DNA from: Candidatus Thorarchaeota archaeon
Lineage (GTDB): Archaea; Asgardarchaeota; Thorarchaeia; Thorarchaeales; Thorarchaeaceae
Direction: 5' to 3'
DNA: 64,000 nt
Assembly: GCA_029855935.1 (NCBI GenBank)
Contig: JAGSHN010000005.1
Span: 32,001-96,000 of the forward strand
The position numbers were made by a program, and so were the translations under genes. Positions 39,738 through 49,418 of the stretch are shown here, piece after piece; the stretch's first letter is position 1; each line of letters begins with the position of its first letter. Under the pieces are notes generated by a model that was not told the origin of the DNA, made no database searches, and worked only from the letters and a program-made list of their open reading frames with translations.

Positions 39738-40670
39738 TCAGCTGCTGATCGAGGCCATGATGAGGATCGGGAATATTATGGTGGCGTCACCAATCACGGT
39801 TTCAAAGTTCGAGTCCTCACGTATCTTCTGCCAAGAGATTCCCTCGGCCAGTGGTGCACCACTCAGACTACCGCCCTCGGGACGGTCCAGTGTTATCTGC
39901 ACAGCGAGGTCCAGACCGCCACGGAGGATGGTGCTTCCCATCGTGAAATGCTTTGAAAGACCACCACCCAGAATGATGGCCCCTGTACGTTTGGCAGACC
40001 GCACCATCTCTGCGAGGATACGGAGGTCCTTGACGAAGTCCAGTGAGATGGAGGTCATAGTGCTGTAGGTGAACAGATGAAACCCGAGCATAGAGTCCAT
40101 CAGGCCGGGAGAGAAAATGGGGACACCGCAAACAGCTGATTGGTACACGAATGAGGTGGGGTCATTGAGTGTCAGACCCAGATCCCGCAGGAACTCACTG
40201 GGCGACATCCCGTTGTTTCGTTGTTGGATGGTGAGTCCGTCTAGAAACTCATAGACCTTCTTCTCGAGAGTTTCAAAGTCTTTCTCGCGCACGGAGATAT
40301 CGCCGATGCGTCCCATCCCCGAATGACGAAGTGATACGTCTGTGCTCTCGTGCGTGACTCTGTAATGCGCCCCTCCGAACGCCTCGATCAGATCGTGTAC
40401 AACGTTGGCACCGCTTGTGACTATCACGTCCACATAGTGTCTCTCAACAAGATAGCTGACGATTCGACGAAGGCCTCCGGGAATCAGAGGGCCCGACATC
40501 GCCAGATACGTGAGGCAGTCTTCATCCTCAAACATCTGTCGAATAATAGATACTGCCCGACCCAGCCTACCGGCACCGAGAACGCCCACCGCACGAAAGG
40601 CCTCTCCAAGATCCCCCAGGGAAGAGATCTCTGCGGGGTCGATATGATGGACTCTGTGCAAGAAACACAC
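39738..40670 (-). CDS. dys: Deoxyhypusine synthase
   Basis: TSGANVVHDLIE, ILGGGLSKH, GSLSGA...EGISWQK with the catalytic Lys, GDATI. Confidence 0.92.
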   Translation of the reverse strand: MCFLHRVHHIDPAEISSLGDLGEAFRAVGVLGAGRLGRAVSIIRQMFEDEDCLTYLAMSGPLIPGGLRRIVSYLVERHYVDVIVTSGANVVHDLIEAFGGAHYRVTHESTDVSLRHSGMGRIGDISVREKDFETLEKKVYEFLDGLTIQQRNNGMSPSEFLRDLGLTLNDPTSFVYQSAVCGVPIFSPGLMDSMLGFHLFTYSTMTSISLDFVKDLRILAEMVRSAKRTGAIILGGGLSKHFTMGSTILRGGLDLAVQITLDRPEGGSLSGAPLAEGISWQKIREDSNFETVIGDATIIFPILIMASISS

Positions 40671-40961
40671 CCAGCTGTTGACCTGAGTGACTCAATAAAA
40701 GAGATTCGTAGCACAGAAGAATAAGGAGCGCGAGAGCAGGTCAGTTCCGGGAGGGCTCGACCGTGTCTCGCGCGGTTGGGTCAAGTCAGACGTGATTGAG
40801 CATGTCAGGCGCGAGTAGAAATGTTGCGGCGGCTGCCTGTACATCTAGACGGACTCGTATGGCCCGGAGAGAGATGACCGAAAGTATCTGTGCGAACATG
40901 TAGCAAGTCTTAAATGTGGACCAGAAGGCGTGAACGAGAGTCCAACCGTGAGGAATTCGGA

Positions 40962-41246
40962 ATGTCCGAGAATGGTATCCTGAAAGGCCGTCGAGGTGTT
41001 GTGACGAGCTACCGCAGGGGAAAGCATCTCATTCACCCCAATCAGGTGCTACTCCAGTTCGATGGGATTGATACTAGGGCGCAGGCGGCCACGCTCTCAG
41101 GGCGCAAGGTAAAGTGGGTCTCTGAGAACGGCCGGGAGTTCTTGGGAAAGATATTGGGACCCCACGGCAATAGCGGAGTGGTACGTGCCAAGTTCAGAAC
41201 AAATCTGCCCGGCCAAGCAATCGGCACTCCTGTCTACCTGTTGTGA
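40962..41246 (+). CDS. rpl35ae: 50S ribosomal protein eL33 (L35Ae)
   Basis: SYRRGKH..HPNQVLL, GKILGPHGNSGVVRAKFRTNLPGQAIG. Confidence 0.95.
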   Translation: MSENGILKGRRGVVTSYRRGKHLIHPNQVLLQFDGIDTRAQAATLSGRKVKWVSENGREFLGKILGPHGNSGVVRAKFRTNLPGQAIGTPVYLL

Positions 41247-41418
41247 ACGCTATGTCGATGCCGTACCAAGTTTTATGAGGATTGCCGAGAGCAGTTGATG
41301 CGGCTCCAATGATGCAAAAGGCTATCCGAGGGCAAGAGCCCGACGACGAATCATAGTTAGGCTGAGGAGCCAATTCTTCAACAAATGCCGCCCATATTGC
41401 CTTGGAACGTGAGATCAA

Positions 41419-42000
41419 TTGCTGGAGTGGACGATCTACTTCTCTCTGTACTGGTTGGCTGGCTTCTCACTTAAGATTGGGGATGAAATGCTGGATACTC
41501 TCCATAGAGCACGGATGTCGCTGATCCCCCTATCACTTGCCGGACTGACATTCGGAGTACTGATGTCCACCTCACAGTGGGACCTAGTTCTTCTGTGTGC
41601 AATCATCATAGGAGTGGTCGTTTCAGGAAAGATGAACAGAGTGCAGTTTATAGTAGGTCCTGTGGTGATTGGGATCGTTCTACTCATCTTCGGACTGCCC
41701 GAGATCACTGATGCCTATGTTCTGGTCTTCATACTTGTCGCCCTGCTCCTCGCGGCCGCGGCAGACGAGATGGGGAACGACTGGGCTGACAAGAAACGCG
41801 AGGCAGGTATCTTGGTCCGCTTCTTCAGATACAGATTCGGACTCAAGCTCTGCGTTCTCGTGATAGCAATAGGAGTACCATCATTCCTTCCAGCAGCACT
41901 GGGGCTATGGCTCTTGGATGTGGGCTATGAGATTGCAGCTGCGACTATGAACCGCTCGTCACAACATGCTCAAAGGCCAGACTACAGCATACATCAATAA
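41419..42000 (+). CDS. Hypothetical polytopic membrane protein
   Basis: About 6 TM segments; repeated KIGDE / AAADEMG acidic motifs. Confidence 0.65.
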   Translation: MLEWTIYFSLYWLAGFSLKIGDEMLDTLHRARMSLIPLSLAGLTFGVLMSTSQWDLVLLCAIIIGVVVSGKMNRVQFIVGPVVIGIVLLIFGLPEITDAYVLVFILVALLLAAAADEMGNDWADKKREAGILVRFFRYRFGLKLCVLVIAIGVPSFLPAALGLWLLDVGYEIAAATMNRSSQHAQRPDYSIHQ

Positions 42001-42967
42001 ACACGGGGCGAAGACCCAATGATCTCGCAGTCTCGACACCTGCTTCACTGGCGTAGGCTATGCCATTGACACCAGCCCGGACCGCGTACTCATCAGTGGC
42101 CCTCTTGTGGACACCAAGAGGACGAGCACATCCTAAGAGGACCGGGATAGAGGGGAAGCCCAGCCGAGCGGCCAGTATGACGCGTCCCACGCTCTCCGGC
42201 GGCGGAGGTGACAGTCCCTCCATGGGAGTATGACGCAGAGGACTCAGAACAATTATGACAACTGCCGCGGGAGAGAACTCTCCGACCAAGCTCAGGGCCT
42301 CAATCTCCCCACGGAGCCGCCCAAAATAGAGACCAACCATGATGTGTGGAACGACGCGAACGTCAGAGCTTCTTAGAAGCGTCAACGACTCACGGACTAT
42401 CGCTGCGCCATTCTCAAGATGATAGACCTCTCTTGCGACAACATCGTCGGCGATAACATCCATCATCGCAGCATCAACGCCAACGTCGGCGAGCATCTCG
42501 GCGGTCGGCGCATCGACGAGCCCGGTATGTACAACGACTGTCAAATCGAGGTCTTCCTTGACAGTACGAATGGCATCTCTGTATCGGAGGAGTGGGACGT
42601 GACCCTGAAGATCCGATCCGCCACTGATGAGTAGGCCCACTCCGCCGTGTTCGCTGACCTCACGAGCCCGTTGAACGAGCTGCTCTGGACTCAGTGCGGG
42701 CTCCATCCCCTTCAGCAGCTGTCCCTTGCAATGCTCGCACTGAAGCGCACACGCTTGGCCGGTTACGCTGAGAGAGATGAAGTTGTGTCGGTTCGATTGG
42801 GAATGGGATGGAATGGAATGCGGATAGGATGTGGGTCCATAACAGAACAGCTCGCGACCAAATCGGTTAGTCCGCAGACGAAGGCCCTCTCTCAGACGGG
42901 CCTCAAACTCGGCAGACGGCACAGCAAGGAGGCTGCGCCCATCACTGAGCAGGTCGAAATCTACCAT
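41945..42967 (-). CDS. Radical SAM protein (biotin synthase-like archaeal family)
   Basis: CALQCEHC, LISGGSD..G.VP, VVPHIMVGL, LGCARP, CCS. Start taken at MVDFD. Confidence 0.85.
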   Translation of the reverse strand: MVDFDLLSDGRSLLAVPSAEFEARLREGLRLRTNRFGRELFCYGPTSYPHSIPSHSQSNRHNFISLSVTGQACALQCEHCKGQLLKGMEPALSPEQLVQRAREVSEHGGVGLLISGGSDLQGHVPLLRYRDAIRTVKEDLDLTVVVHTGLVDAPTAEMLADVGVDAAMMDVIADDVVAREVYHLENGAAIVRESLTLLRSSDVRVVPHIMVGLYFGRLRGEIEALSLVGEFSPAAVVIIVLSPLRHTPMEGLSPPPPESVGRVILAARLGFPSIPVLLGCARPLGVHKRATDEYAVRAGVNGIAYASEAGVETARSLGLRPVFIDVCCSLAFEHVVTSGS

Positions 42968-43094
42968 TTCACAGTGGCACAGCCATGGCGGTGTTATAGA
43001 GTTGTCGTATCTTGCCAGATGAGAAGCTACAAGTACTAGATGGGGGAGGGCCGTGTTGAGGTCTAAGCAGACTATCGAGGTCTTCGCGAGGCGG

Positions 43095-44543
43095 ATGGCG
43101 GTGAGCCAGAACACGAATGATGAGATTGACATCTTCTTCAGTGCCAAGAGTGTTGCAATATACGGAGCGTCGGCCACTCCGAACAGTGTCGGACAGGCTA
43201 TCGTACAGAACTTCATCAAGCCACAGTTCACGGGTAGGGTCTATGCTGTTAACCCGAAATACTCTCAAGTACTGGGAATACCATGTTATCCTTCTCTTCA
43301 GGATATTCCCGATGAGATTGATATGGTCGTGGTTGCCGTCCCAGCAAGAATCACGCCACGCGTCTTTGAGGACATTGCGGCAAAGGGTGTGAAGGCGGCA
43401 ATTGTCATATCGGGTGGATTCTCGGAAACCGGTCCCCGTGGTGCGGAACTTGAGGACCAGATAGTCAAGATTGCACGTGAGAACGGAATTCGTGTCATCG
43501 GACCCAACTGTGTTGGCGTCATCGACACAACGACCCACATTGACACCTTTTTCCTCCCTGAGTACAGATGTAGTAGGCCTCGAGCCAGCAATGTCGCTAA
43601 TATCTCGCTGGTCTCGCAGTCAGGAGCGTTTGCTGCGGCGATCGCCGACTGGACCGCCGAACTTGGAATTGGAATGTCCAAGATAATCAGCCTCGGTAAC
43701 AAGTGTGATGTGGATGATGACGACCTGCTCAGATATCTCGCCGCGGACGACTCCACACAGGTGATATGCTTCTACACGGAGGGCTATGACCCGGGGAAGG
43801 GTCGATCATTCTTCGACACAGCAAAGGAGGTGACACCGCACAAGCCAGTCATAGTCGTCAAGTCAGGCAGAGGAAAGAGGGCAAAGGAGGCGGCCAGCTC
43901 GCACACGGGATCACTTGCAGGCTCTGATCAGGTCGCGGGTGCAGCCTACAAACAGGCGGGCGTCATAAGGGCGGACAACTTCGAGCACATGTTCGATATG
44001 GCCAGGGCACTTGCAATGCAGCCACCAGCACGAGGTGATAGGGTTCTGATGGTAACGAACGGAGGGGGCCTAGGAGTGATGACCACAGATGCTCTTGAAG
44101 CGGAGGGACTCGCTATTCCGCACCCATCGCCCGAGCTTACCGAGAGGCTGCAGGAGAGGCTGCCGAGCTACTGTGCAATAGGCAATCCGATAGACGTTGT
44201 TGGTGACTCCGACTCATCAAGATACGACATAGTCTTCGAGGAGGCCCTCAAGAGCGGTGAATACGACATAGTTGTGGTCGGAATGCTTCTTCAGACCCCT
44301 ACCCTGGGGATGGACATAACCAATGTCATCGCGAACCATCAGCGTCAGTCAGGAGTCCCCTTCGTGGCAGTCGCAATGGGAGGCGCATTCACGAGTAAGG
44401 CAGGAGAGATTATGGAACTGATGGGGGTCCCAACATACGCAACTGGCGAGAAGGCTGCAGTGGCTGCAAAGGCGTTGGCTACGTATGGTGAGATCAAGTA
44501 TCGAGACAAGTTCAGGAGGACGTTGTTTCCTGATAACCCATAA
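43095..44543 (+). CDS. acdA: ADP-forming acetate/acyl-CoA ligase alpha subunit
   Basis: SVAIYGAS, ISGGFSE, RVIGPNCVG, SQSGA, SHTGSLAG (phospho-His), NPIDV. Confidence 0.93.
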   Translation: MAVSQNTNDEIDIFFSAKSVAIYGASATPNSVGQAIVQNFIKPQFTGRVYAVNPKYSQVLGIPCYPSLQDIPDEIDMVVVAVPARITPRVFEDIAAKGVKAAIVISGGFSETGPRGAELEDQIVKIARENGIRVIGPNCVGVIDTTTHIDTFFLPEYRCSRPRASNVANISLVSQSGAFAAAIADWTAELGIGMSKIISLGNKCDVDDDDLLRYLAADDSTQVICFYTEGYDPGKGRSFFDTAKEVTPHKPVIVVKSGRGKRAKEAASSHTGSLAGSDQVAGAAYKQAGVIRADNFEHMFDMARALAMQPPARGDRVLMVTNGGGLGVMTTDALEAEGLAIPHPSPELTERLQERLPSYCAIGNPIDVVGDSDSSRYDIVFEEALKSGEYDIVVVGMLLQTPTLGMDITNVIANHQRQSGVPFVAVAMGGAFTSKAGEIMELMGVPTYATGEKAAVAAKALATYGEIKYRDKFRRTLFPDNP

Positions 44544-44589
44544 ATAGGACTTGAATTCAGACGGTAAGTGAAAGAGAGGTCTGCGAGCA

Positions 44590-45309
44590 ATGAAGATTGC
44601 CAAGAAGATATTCGAAACCGCACGAAGCGAGAACAGGAGTTTTGTCTTGGAGAATGAGGCCAAGGAGATAATGAGGGCCTACGGCATTCCGGTGCCCCCA
44701 TTTGACACAGCAACCACTGCAGATGAGGCCGTTGAGAAGTCCAAAGAGATTGGATTTCCAGTCGTGTTGAAAATACTGTCGAAAGACATTCTTCACAAGT
44801 CGGATGCAGGAGGGGTCAAGGTAAATCTACGGACAGAGGATGAGGTCAGAGAAGCGTTTCAAACAATAATGGAGAATGCGAGGAAGTATGGCGAGGAGCA
44901 CGGTATTGATGTCGATCTGAGTAGAGGCGTGTTCGTTTCCAAGTTCGCAGACGAGGGCACTGAGGTCATCATCGGTGTCACACGCGACCCTCAGTTTGGT
45001 CACGCAATCATGTTTGGCCTTGGCGGCATATTTGTAGAAGTTCTCAAGGATGTGACCTTTAGGCTCATTCCTCTGACTGAGAGTGATGCCAGAGAGATGA
45101 TTAGAGAGATAAAGGCCGCAAAGATACTCGACGGGATAAGGGGACAGCCTCCACGAGACACCGACGCCCTTGTCAAGGTGATTCTTGCCGTGTCAAAAAT
45201 GGTAGAGGAGAACCCAGAGATTCGGGAGCTGGACTGCAATCCCACTTTCGTCTATGAGAAGGGCAATGGAGCGCTTGTGGTCGATGCACGAATCCTAATT
45301 GATGTGTAG
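44590..45309 (+). CDS. acdB: ADP-forming acyl-CoA ligase beta subunit (ATP-grasp)
   Basis: GFPVVLKILS..ILHKSDAGGV, DPQFG..IMFGLGGIFVE, ELDCNP, VDARI. Confidence 0.93.
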   Translation: MKIAKKIFETARSENRSFVLENEAKEIMRAYGIPVPPFDTATTADEAVEKSKEIGFPVVLKILSKDILHKSDAGGVKVNLRTEDEVREAFQTIMENARKYGEEHGIDVDLSRGVFVSKFADEGTEVIIGVTRDPQFGHAIMFGLGGIFVEVLKDVTFRLIPLTESDAREMIREIKAAKILDGIRGQPPRDTDALVKVILAVSKMVEENPEIRELDCNPTFVYEKGNGALVVDARILIDV

Positions 45310-46506
45310 TCCTCCAGCCTGTGCGTTGTACTGACGGAACATGTTTCCCAAGAGAACAAGGGCTCGCTTGATGTCCGTATCCCCGATACGACCAGCATCG
45401 GTAGTGCCAATCGCGAGAAAGAGGATCAGTGACACGAGACGTGGAACTAGCCGGGGATTATGGAGGAGGAACTCCCGCCCTTGCGACTCTGCAACCAGGC
45501 TCTCAATCCGCTGACCGAGTAGGTCTAGGCGCTCAACCGTCGAGGATTCCCGAGGCAGACGAACAAGACACTGTTCCACAAGACGGTCGTCACCGAACAT
45601 CTCCGTCTTGATACCGGCAGACTCCAGAACCGACATTGCCTCGGCCATCATAGACTCATATTCATCGGCCTCCACACGATCAATACCAGCCATTGCTGAC
45701 CGCAGTTGGACAAGAAGTCGGAACGAGTTTGTCAGGACCATTCGGATGGACCGTAGAGAGCGGCCTCTCACCGTGGGGGTCTTTGTGGATTCGAGAACAG
45801 CTGCACGGGACGACTCCAGCTTTCGTTCAAACCCCGGGGAGAGTGTCACAGATGCAATCCTAGGCAAGACTGGACTACGGCAGACTTGTCGTAGCGCACC
45901 GAGCGAGAGAAAGTCATCGGTAGGCGTGTAGAACAGCAGTATTCTCATTGTGTCGTATGCGATCTCAAAGTCGGCCTCCTCCGTCACTGAGCGGCCATGC
46001 CCGTGACACGAGAACGCACTGAGCAGGGCCCACGAGGAGAGAATCTCATCACGCAGTCTCTCACAGTTGCCCCGCTCACAGATATCATGTTCAGACAGGA
46101 ACGAGTGAATTCGTTCGGCGGCACTGTCTATTCTAGAGAGGGTTGGACCCGAGAAACGGACGGTCGAAGCCTCCCTGATGGACTCGCGGGGGTCGTACGA
46201 GGGCGGACGAATGATGAATCCGGGCTGCTCACGCGTCATCATCCACCATCGTGAGGTTGAGGAGAAGTAGTCAAGCGTGTCTACACTGGCCGTGAGTGAT
46301 GTGGAATCGGCATTGGACTGTGAACGAAGATAGGAAACAAGCCGGCAGATTAGCATCATGAACCTTGAGAGATGTGACGACATCTTGTCGCCAGCAAACT
46401 GAATGTCGGAGAACTTGTCTGTTATGAGGCTCATTCTAGAGGTGACATGGTCATCGATGAGTATGGAGATGATACCCCGGTATACCTCTAGAGGTGTCCT
46501 TGCCAA
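45295..46506 (-). CDS. Hypothetical protein, mostly helical
   Basis: 403-aa ORF with TTG start and a GGAGG-like SD region. No recognised catalytic motif. Confidence 0.6.
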   Translation of the reverse strand: MARTPLEVYRGIISILIDDHVTSRMSLITDKFSDIQFAGDKMSSHLSRFMMLICRLVSYLRSQSNADSTSLTASVDTLDYFSSTSRWWMMTREQPGFIIRPPSYDPRESIREASTVRFSGPTLSRIDSAAERIHSFLSEHDICERGNCERLRDEILSSWALLSAFSCHGHGRSVTEEADFEIAYDTMRILLFYTPTDDFLSLGALRQVCRSPVLPRIASVTLSPGFERKLESSRAAVLESTKTPTVRGRSLRSIRMVLTNSFRLLVQLRSAMAGIDRVEADEYESMMAEAMSVLESAGIKTEMFGDDRLVEQCLVRLPRESSTVERLDLLGQRIESLVAESQGREFLLHNPRLVPRLVSLILFLAIGTTDAGRIGDTDIKRALVLLGNMFRQYNAQAGGLHIN

Positions 46507-46600
46507 ACCTCATCGTCTCCTCCGACTGGAGCGGCGCGCCTGTTCTGTGGGAGTTGTCCGACAGAAACCACATATAAAACACAGTGTCACTCGCCATATT

Positions 46601-47368
46601 CTACTGACCAAAGCGGCGAGAACGACGCTCGTATGATCTCAGGGCACGCCATATGTCAATTCGCCGAACAGCAGGCCAGTATATCTGAGCAAAGTACAGC
46701 TCGGAGTAGGCCGACTGCCACAGAAGGAACCCGGAGAGACGCTCCTCGCCGGATGTCCGAATTATCAAATCGGGATCGGGGAGACCGTGAGTGTAGAGAT
46801 GCTGCTCGATGACGGACTCGTCAATCCTTGAGGGATCCAGCTCACCTCTCTGTGCCTTCTCAGCAATTGCACGGACCGCATCCACGAGCTCCGCTCGTCC
46901 CGAGTACCCAATCGCGATGTTGAGAATATGGTCCGAGTAGTGGGCGGTCGCCTCTTCGGCCATCCGGATGGCCTCACGCACATCCTCAGGAAGGAGGTCG
47001 ACACGACCAATTGCATTAATCCTGACGCGATGTCTATGGACATCCGGGTTGCTGACGACCTCGTTGAACTTCTCCTTAGCAATCTCCATTATCTCACGGA
47101 CTTCCTGTTCGTTGCGGCGAAAATTCTCCATTGAAAACGTGTACAGCGTGCAGACCTTTACTCCCGCCTCCCATAGTATCCGCAATACCTCCATGACCTT
47201 CTGAGCACCCAGTCTGTGACCATACCACGGCGCGTCCAAGCCATGCTCTCTAGCGTACCGTCGGTTGCCATCCAGGATAATTCCGACATGCCGAGGGGCT
47301 CTGTCCTTGTTCAGCTGTCGATAGAGCACGTACTCGTAGAGGCGATACATAGGCCCAGTGAGATTCAA
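46601..47368 (-). CDS. uppS: cis-prenyltransferase (polyprenyl diphosphate synthase)
   Basis: HVGIILDGNRRYA, YTFSMENFRR, PDLIIRTSGEERLSGFLLWQSAYSE, RRFG. Confidence 0.95.
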   Translation of the reverse strand: MNLTGPMYRLYEYVLYRQLNKDRAPRHVGIILDGNRRYAREHGLDAPWYGHRLGAQKVMEVLRILWEAGVKVCTLYTFSMENFRRNEQEVREIMEIAKEKFNEVVSNPDVHRHRVRINAIGRVDLLPEDVREAIRMAEEATAHYSDHILNIAIGYSGRAELVDAVRAIAEKAQRGELDPSRIDESVIEQHLYTHGLPDPDLIIRTSGEERLSGFLLWQSAYSELYFAQIYWPAVRRIDIWRALRSYERRSRRFGQ

Positions 47369-47446
47369 TTGTGTGGCACACCCCTTGCAAGGGGTCCCTC
47401 TCTAGACAACCCCCTATTAGGATTGTGAATCATGAATAGAGGGGGA

Positions 47447-47827
47447 CTATATCATCGTGGCAATCTTGCTTGCAGCCTGCTTCACGTCAATATGGACAAG
47501 CCCAATCTTGACGTTAGCAGTTGTGGAAACAGTCAGACACGCATTCAGACCAGCCTGTACGACAAGCACCCAGCCATCGGAACCCTTGACACTGACCTGC
47601 TCGAGCTCGCCCTTGCCCAGCTCGATAGCCGCCTTCTCGCCGAGCGTCAGCATAGCTGCTGTTATCGCCGCGAGCTTTGCCTCATCTACATCTGCGGGCA
47701 ACGCAGAAACGATTGGAAGCCCCTCGACGCTCACTATGGCACAGGCCTCAATCTCAGGGATATCCCCCTGAAGCTCATTGAGAATGCTTTCAAGAGTTTC
47801 GCCTCTAGACTCGCTCATTCTGCTCAC
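47447..47827 (-). CDS. Roadblock/LC7 (MglB-like) protein 1
   Basis: IEACAIVSVEGLPIVSALP...LAAITAAMLTLGEKAAIELGKGELEQVSV...KIGLV. Confidence 0.9.
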   Translation of the reverse strand: MSRMSESRGETLESILNELQGDIPEIEACAIVSVEGLPIVSALPADVDEAKLAAITAAMLTLGEKAAIELGKGELEQVSVKGSDGWVLVVQAGLNACLTVSTTANVKIGLVHIDVKQAASKIATMI

Positions 47828-47834
47828 CTGGGTG

Positions 47835-48398
47835 CTACTTGTACAGTCTTTTGAGGATTACTTCACGCGATATGGCTTGAAACGCCCTCTTAACTCCTAC
47901 GCCCTGAATGGCAATGGTTTCGTAGATCGGGACGTTGCCGCCCAATCCGAGTAGGTCGAGCATCTCTTCACGCGACATCCTGTTGGGTAGGTCACGCTTG
48001 TTGAGCATGACCACTATCGGAATTTCTCTGCCAAGAGCGTCCCCGAGAAACATCTTAAGCTCTTCGAAACTCTCCACGTTTTCCTCTCGCTGGTCTGGGG
48101 AGGAGTCGGCCACAAAGATGATGCCATCAGCACCTTGGAGGACGACCTTTCGTTGATGCCGGTGCCGTTTCTGACCAGCGACCGTGAACACGTCAAATAG
48201 AACACGTCCACCTGCGCTCATCGGTGCGTAGTCGAAGAAGAGGGTGCGATTGGTTTCGTCCTCGATCGACGTGAACTCGCCCTTCTGCAATCCCTCGACC
48301 TTTGCATAGAGCCATCGCAGTGCAGTTGTCTTCCCGCCCAGACTGGGCCCGTAGAAAACAATCTTGAAATGAATACGGCCCTTATCGTCTTTCCTCAC
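47835..48398 (-). CDS. MglA-like small GTPase
   Basis: KIVFYGPSLGGKTT, RTLFFD, TVAGQ, GADGIIFVADS, NKRDL, AIQG.GV. Confidence 0.9.
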   Translation of the reverse strand: MRKDDKGRIHFKIVFYGPSLGGKTTALRWLYAKVEGLQKGEFTSIEDETNRTLFFDYAPMSAGGRVLFDVFTVAGQKRHRHQRKVVLQGADGIIFVADSSPDQREENVESFEELKMFLGDALGREIPIVVMLNKRDLPNRMSREEMLDLLGLGGNVPIYETIAIQGVGVKRAFQAISREVILKRLYK

Positions 48399-48495
48399 AC
48401 AAACACCTCACTGATCTCTGCGCTCCGTTGATGGCAGTCACACCAGTCAGTAGATTGAACAATACCATCTTGTGGCCTCACTGTGGACAAGCGTA

Positions 48496-48610
48496 AGTCA
48501 GTTGGGAACGACGGCGGATGCCACCATGAACGGGATGGCCTCCGCAGGCGGGGAGTGTAAGAAATGTAGTCTCATAAAAGCCTTTGTCCGTCGTCTGGCC
48601 CGACTTGACT
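48496..48610. other. Imperfect nested inverted repeats, candidate structured RNA
   Basis: AGTCA-GTTGGG-A-ACGACGG (48496-48514) pairs with CCGTCGT-CTGG-CCCGAC-T-TGACT (48588-48610). Inner hairpin GCGGATGCCA/TGGCCTCCGC. Confidence 0.35.
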
Positions 48611-48634
48611 GAAACTGTGCTGTGCCGCGGACAA

Positions 48635-49105
48635 TCACACTCTCTCAAGCTCTGCAAGCGCGGACTTTAGATCTTCCTCGTCGAGCTCTCGGTCCTTTGA
48701 GGGTGCTCCGGGCTCCACAGCCAAGAACTTGTCGAGCTCCTCGGCCAGCTGCTCACCTTGCTTCTTCATCACCATTCGTATGAGGCCGATATTGACCTCC
48801 TTGGCCTCGGAAACCACGCATAGCACGCCCTTGCCGCATGCGGATGCAAAGATCTTGCCCTCTGAGAACTCCGAGGTGACAATCTCAAGCTCTCCAAGCT
48901 GCAAGTTCTTCCCCTGTTCCTCGCTTGCACAGAACACGGCACTGGCTATGGCCCCAATGCTATCAACATCAACTGCAAAGTAAGCCAACCGAGATACGTG
49001 GGCAATGGTCAGGCCAGTCTTGTCAACCAGGATCACCCTTCGAATACCGCGGTCCTGCCTGATGATGTCCGTGAGAATCTTGTCGAACCTCTTAGGATCG
49101 CTCAT
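48635..49105 (-). CDS. Roadblock/LC7 (MglB-like) protein 2 with acidic C-terminal helix
   Basis: ILVDKTGLTIA...IGAIASAVF.ASEEQG..L.LGEL...NIGLIRM; tail DEEDLKSALAELERV. Confidence 0.88.
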   Translation of the reverse strand: MSDPKRFDKILTDIIRQDRGIRRVILVDKTGLTIAHVSRLAYFAVDVDSIGAIASAVFCASEEQGKNLQLGELEIVTSEFSEGKIFASACGKGVLCVVSEAKEVNIGLIRMVMKKQGEQLAEELDKFLAVEPGAPSKDRELDEEDLKSALAELERV

Positions 49106-49118
49106 GCGTCATACCCCT

Positions 49119-49418
49119 TCAATTTGTGCTCTTCAGAACGACTAGTATCAGACCCTCCTTGACGTCGGGTGCAATGTTGATTTGACCCTTGCTCGTGTCA
49201 AGCGTTAGGAATGATAGAGAGCCCTCTCTCAGTTCCCGAACCGCCTCTAGCGCCTTTCCGACAAGAGAGGTCACAATTGCAGCAACAATCTCTGTGGTCT
49301 CGGGGTCGAGGTCGCTGCTGAGAGGAAGCCCCTCCATATTGGTGACGACAATTCCTCTGACACCCTCTTGGGCCTTCAGTCTTGAAAGAATTGTCTCGAG
49401 CTTCTCTTGGCTGACCAA
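49119..49418 (-). CDS. Short roadblock protein 3, dynein light chain LC7/DYNLRB-like
   Basis: LETILSRLKAQEGVRGIVVTNMEGLPLSSDLD...SFLTLDTSKGQINIAPD...LILVV. Confidence 0.88.
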   Translation of the reverse strand: MVSQEKLETILSRLKAQEGVRGIVVTNMEGLPLSSDLDPETTEIVAAIVTSLVGKALEAVRELREGSLSFLTLDTSKGQINIAPDVKEGLILVVLKSTN

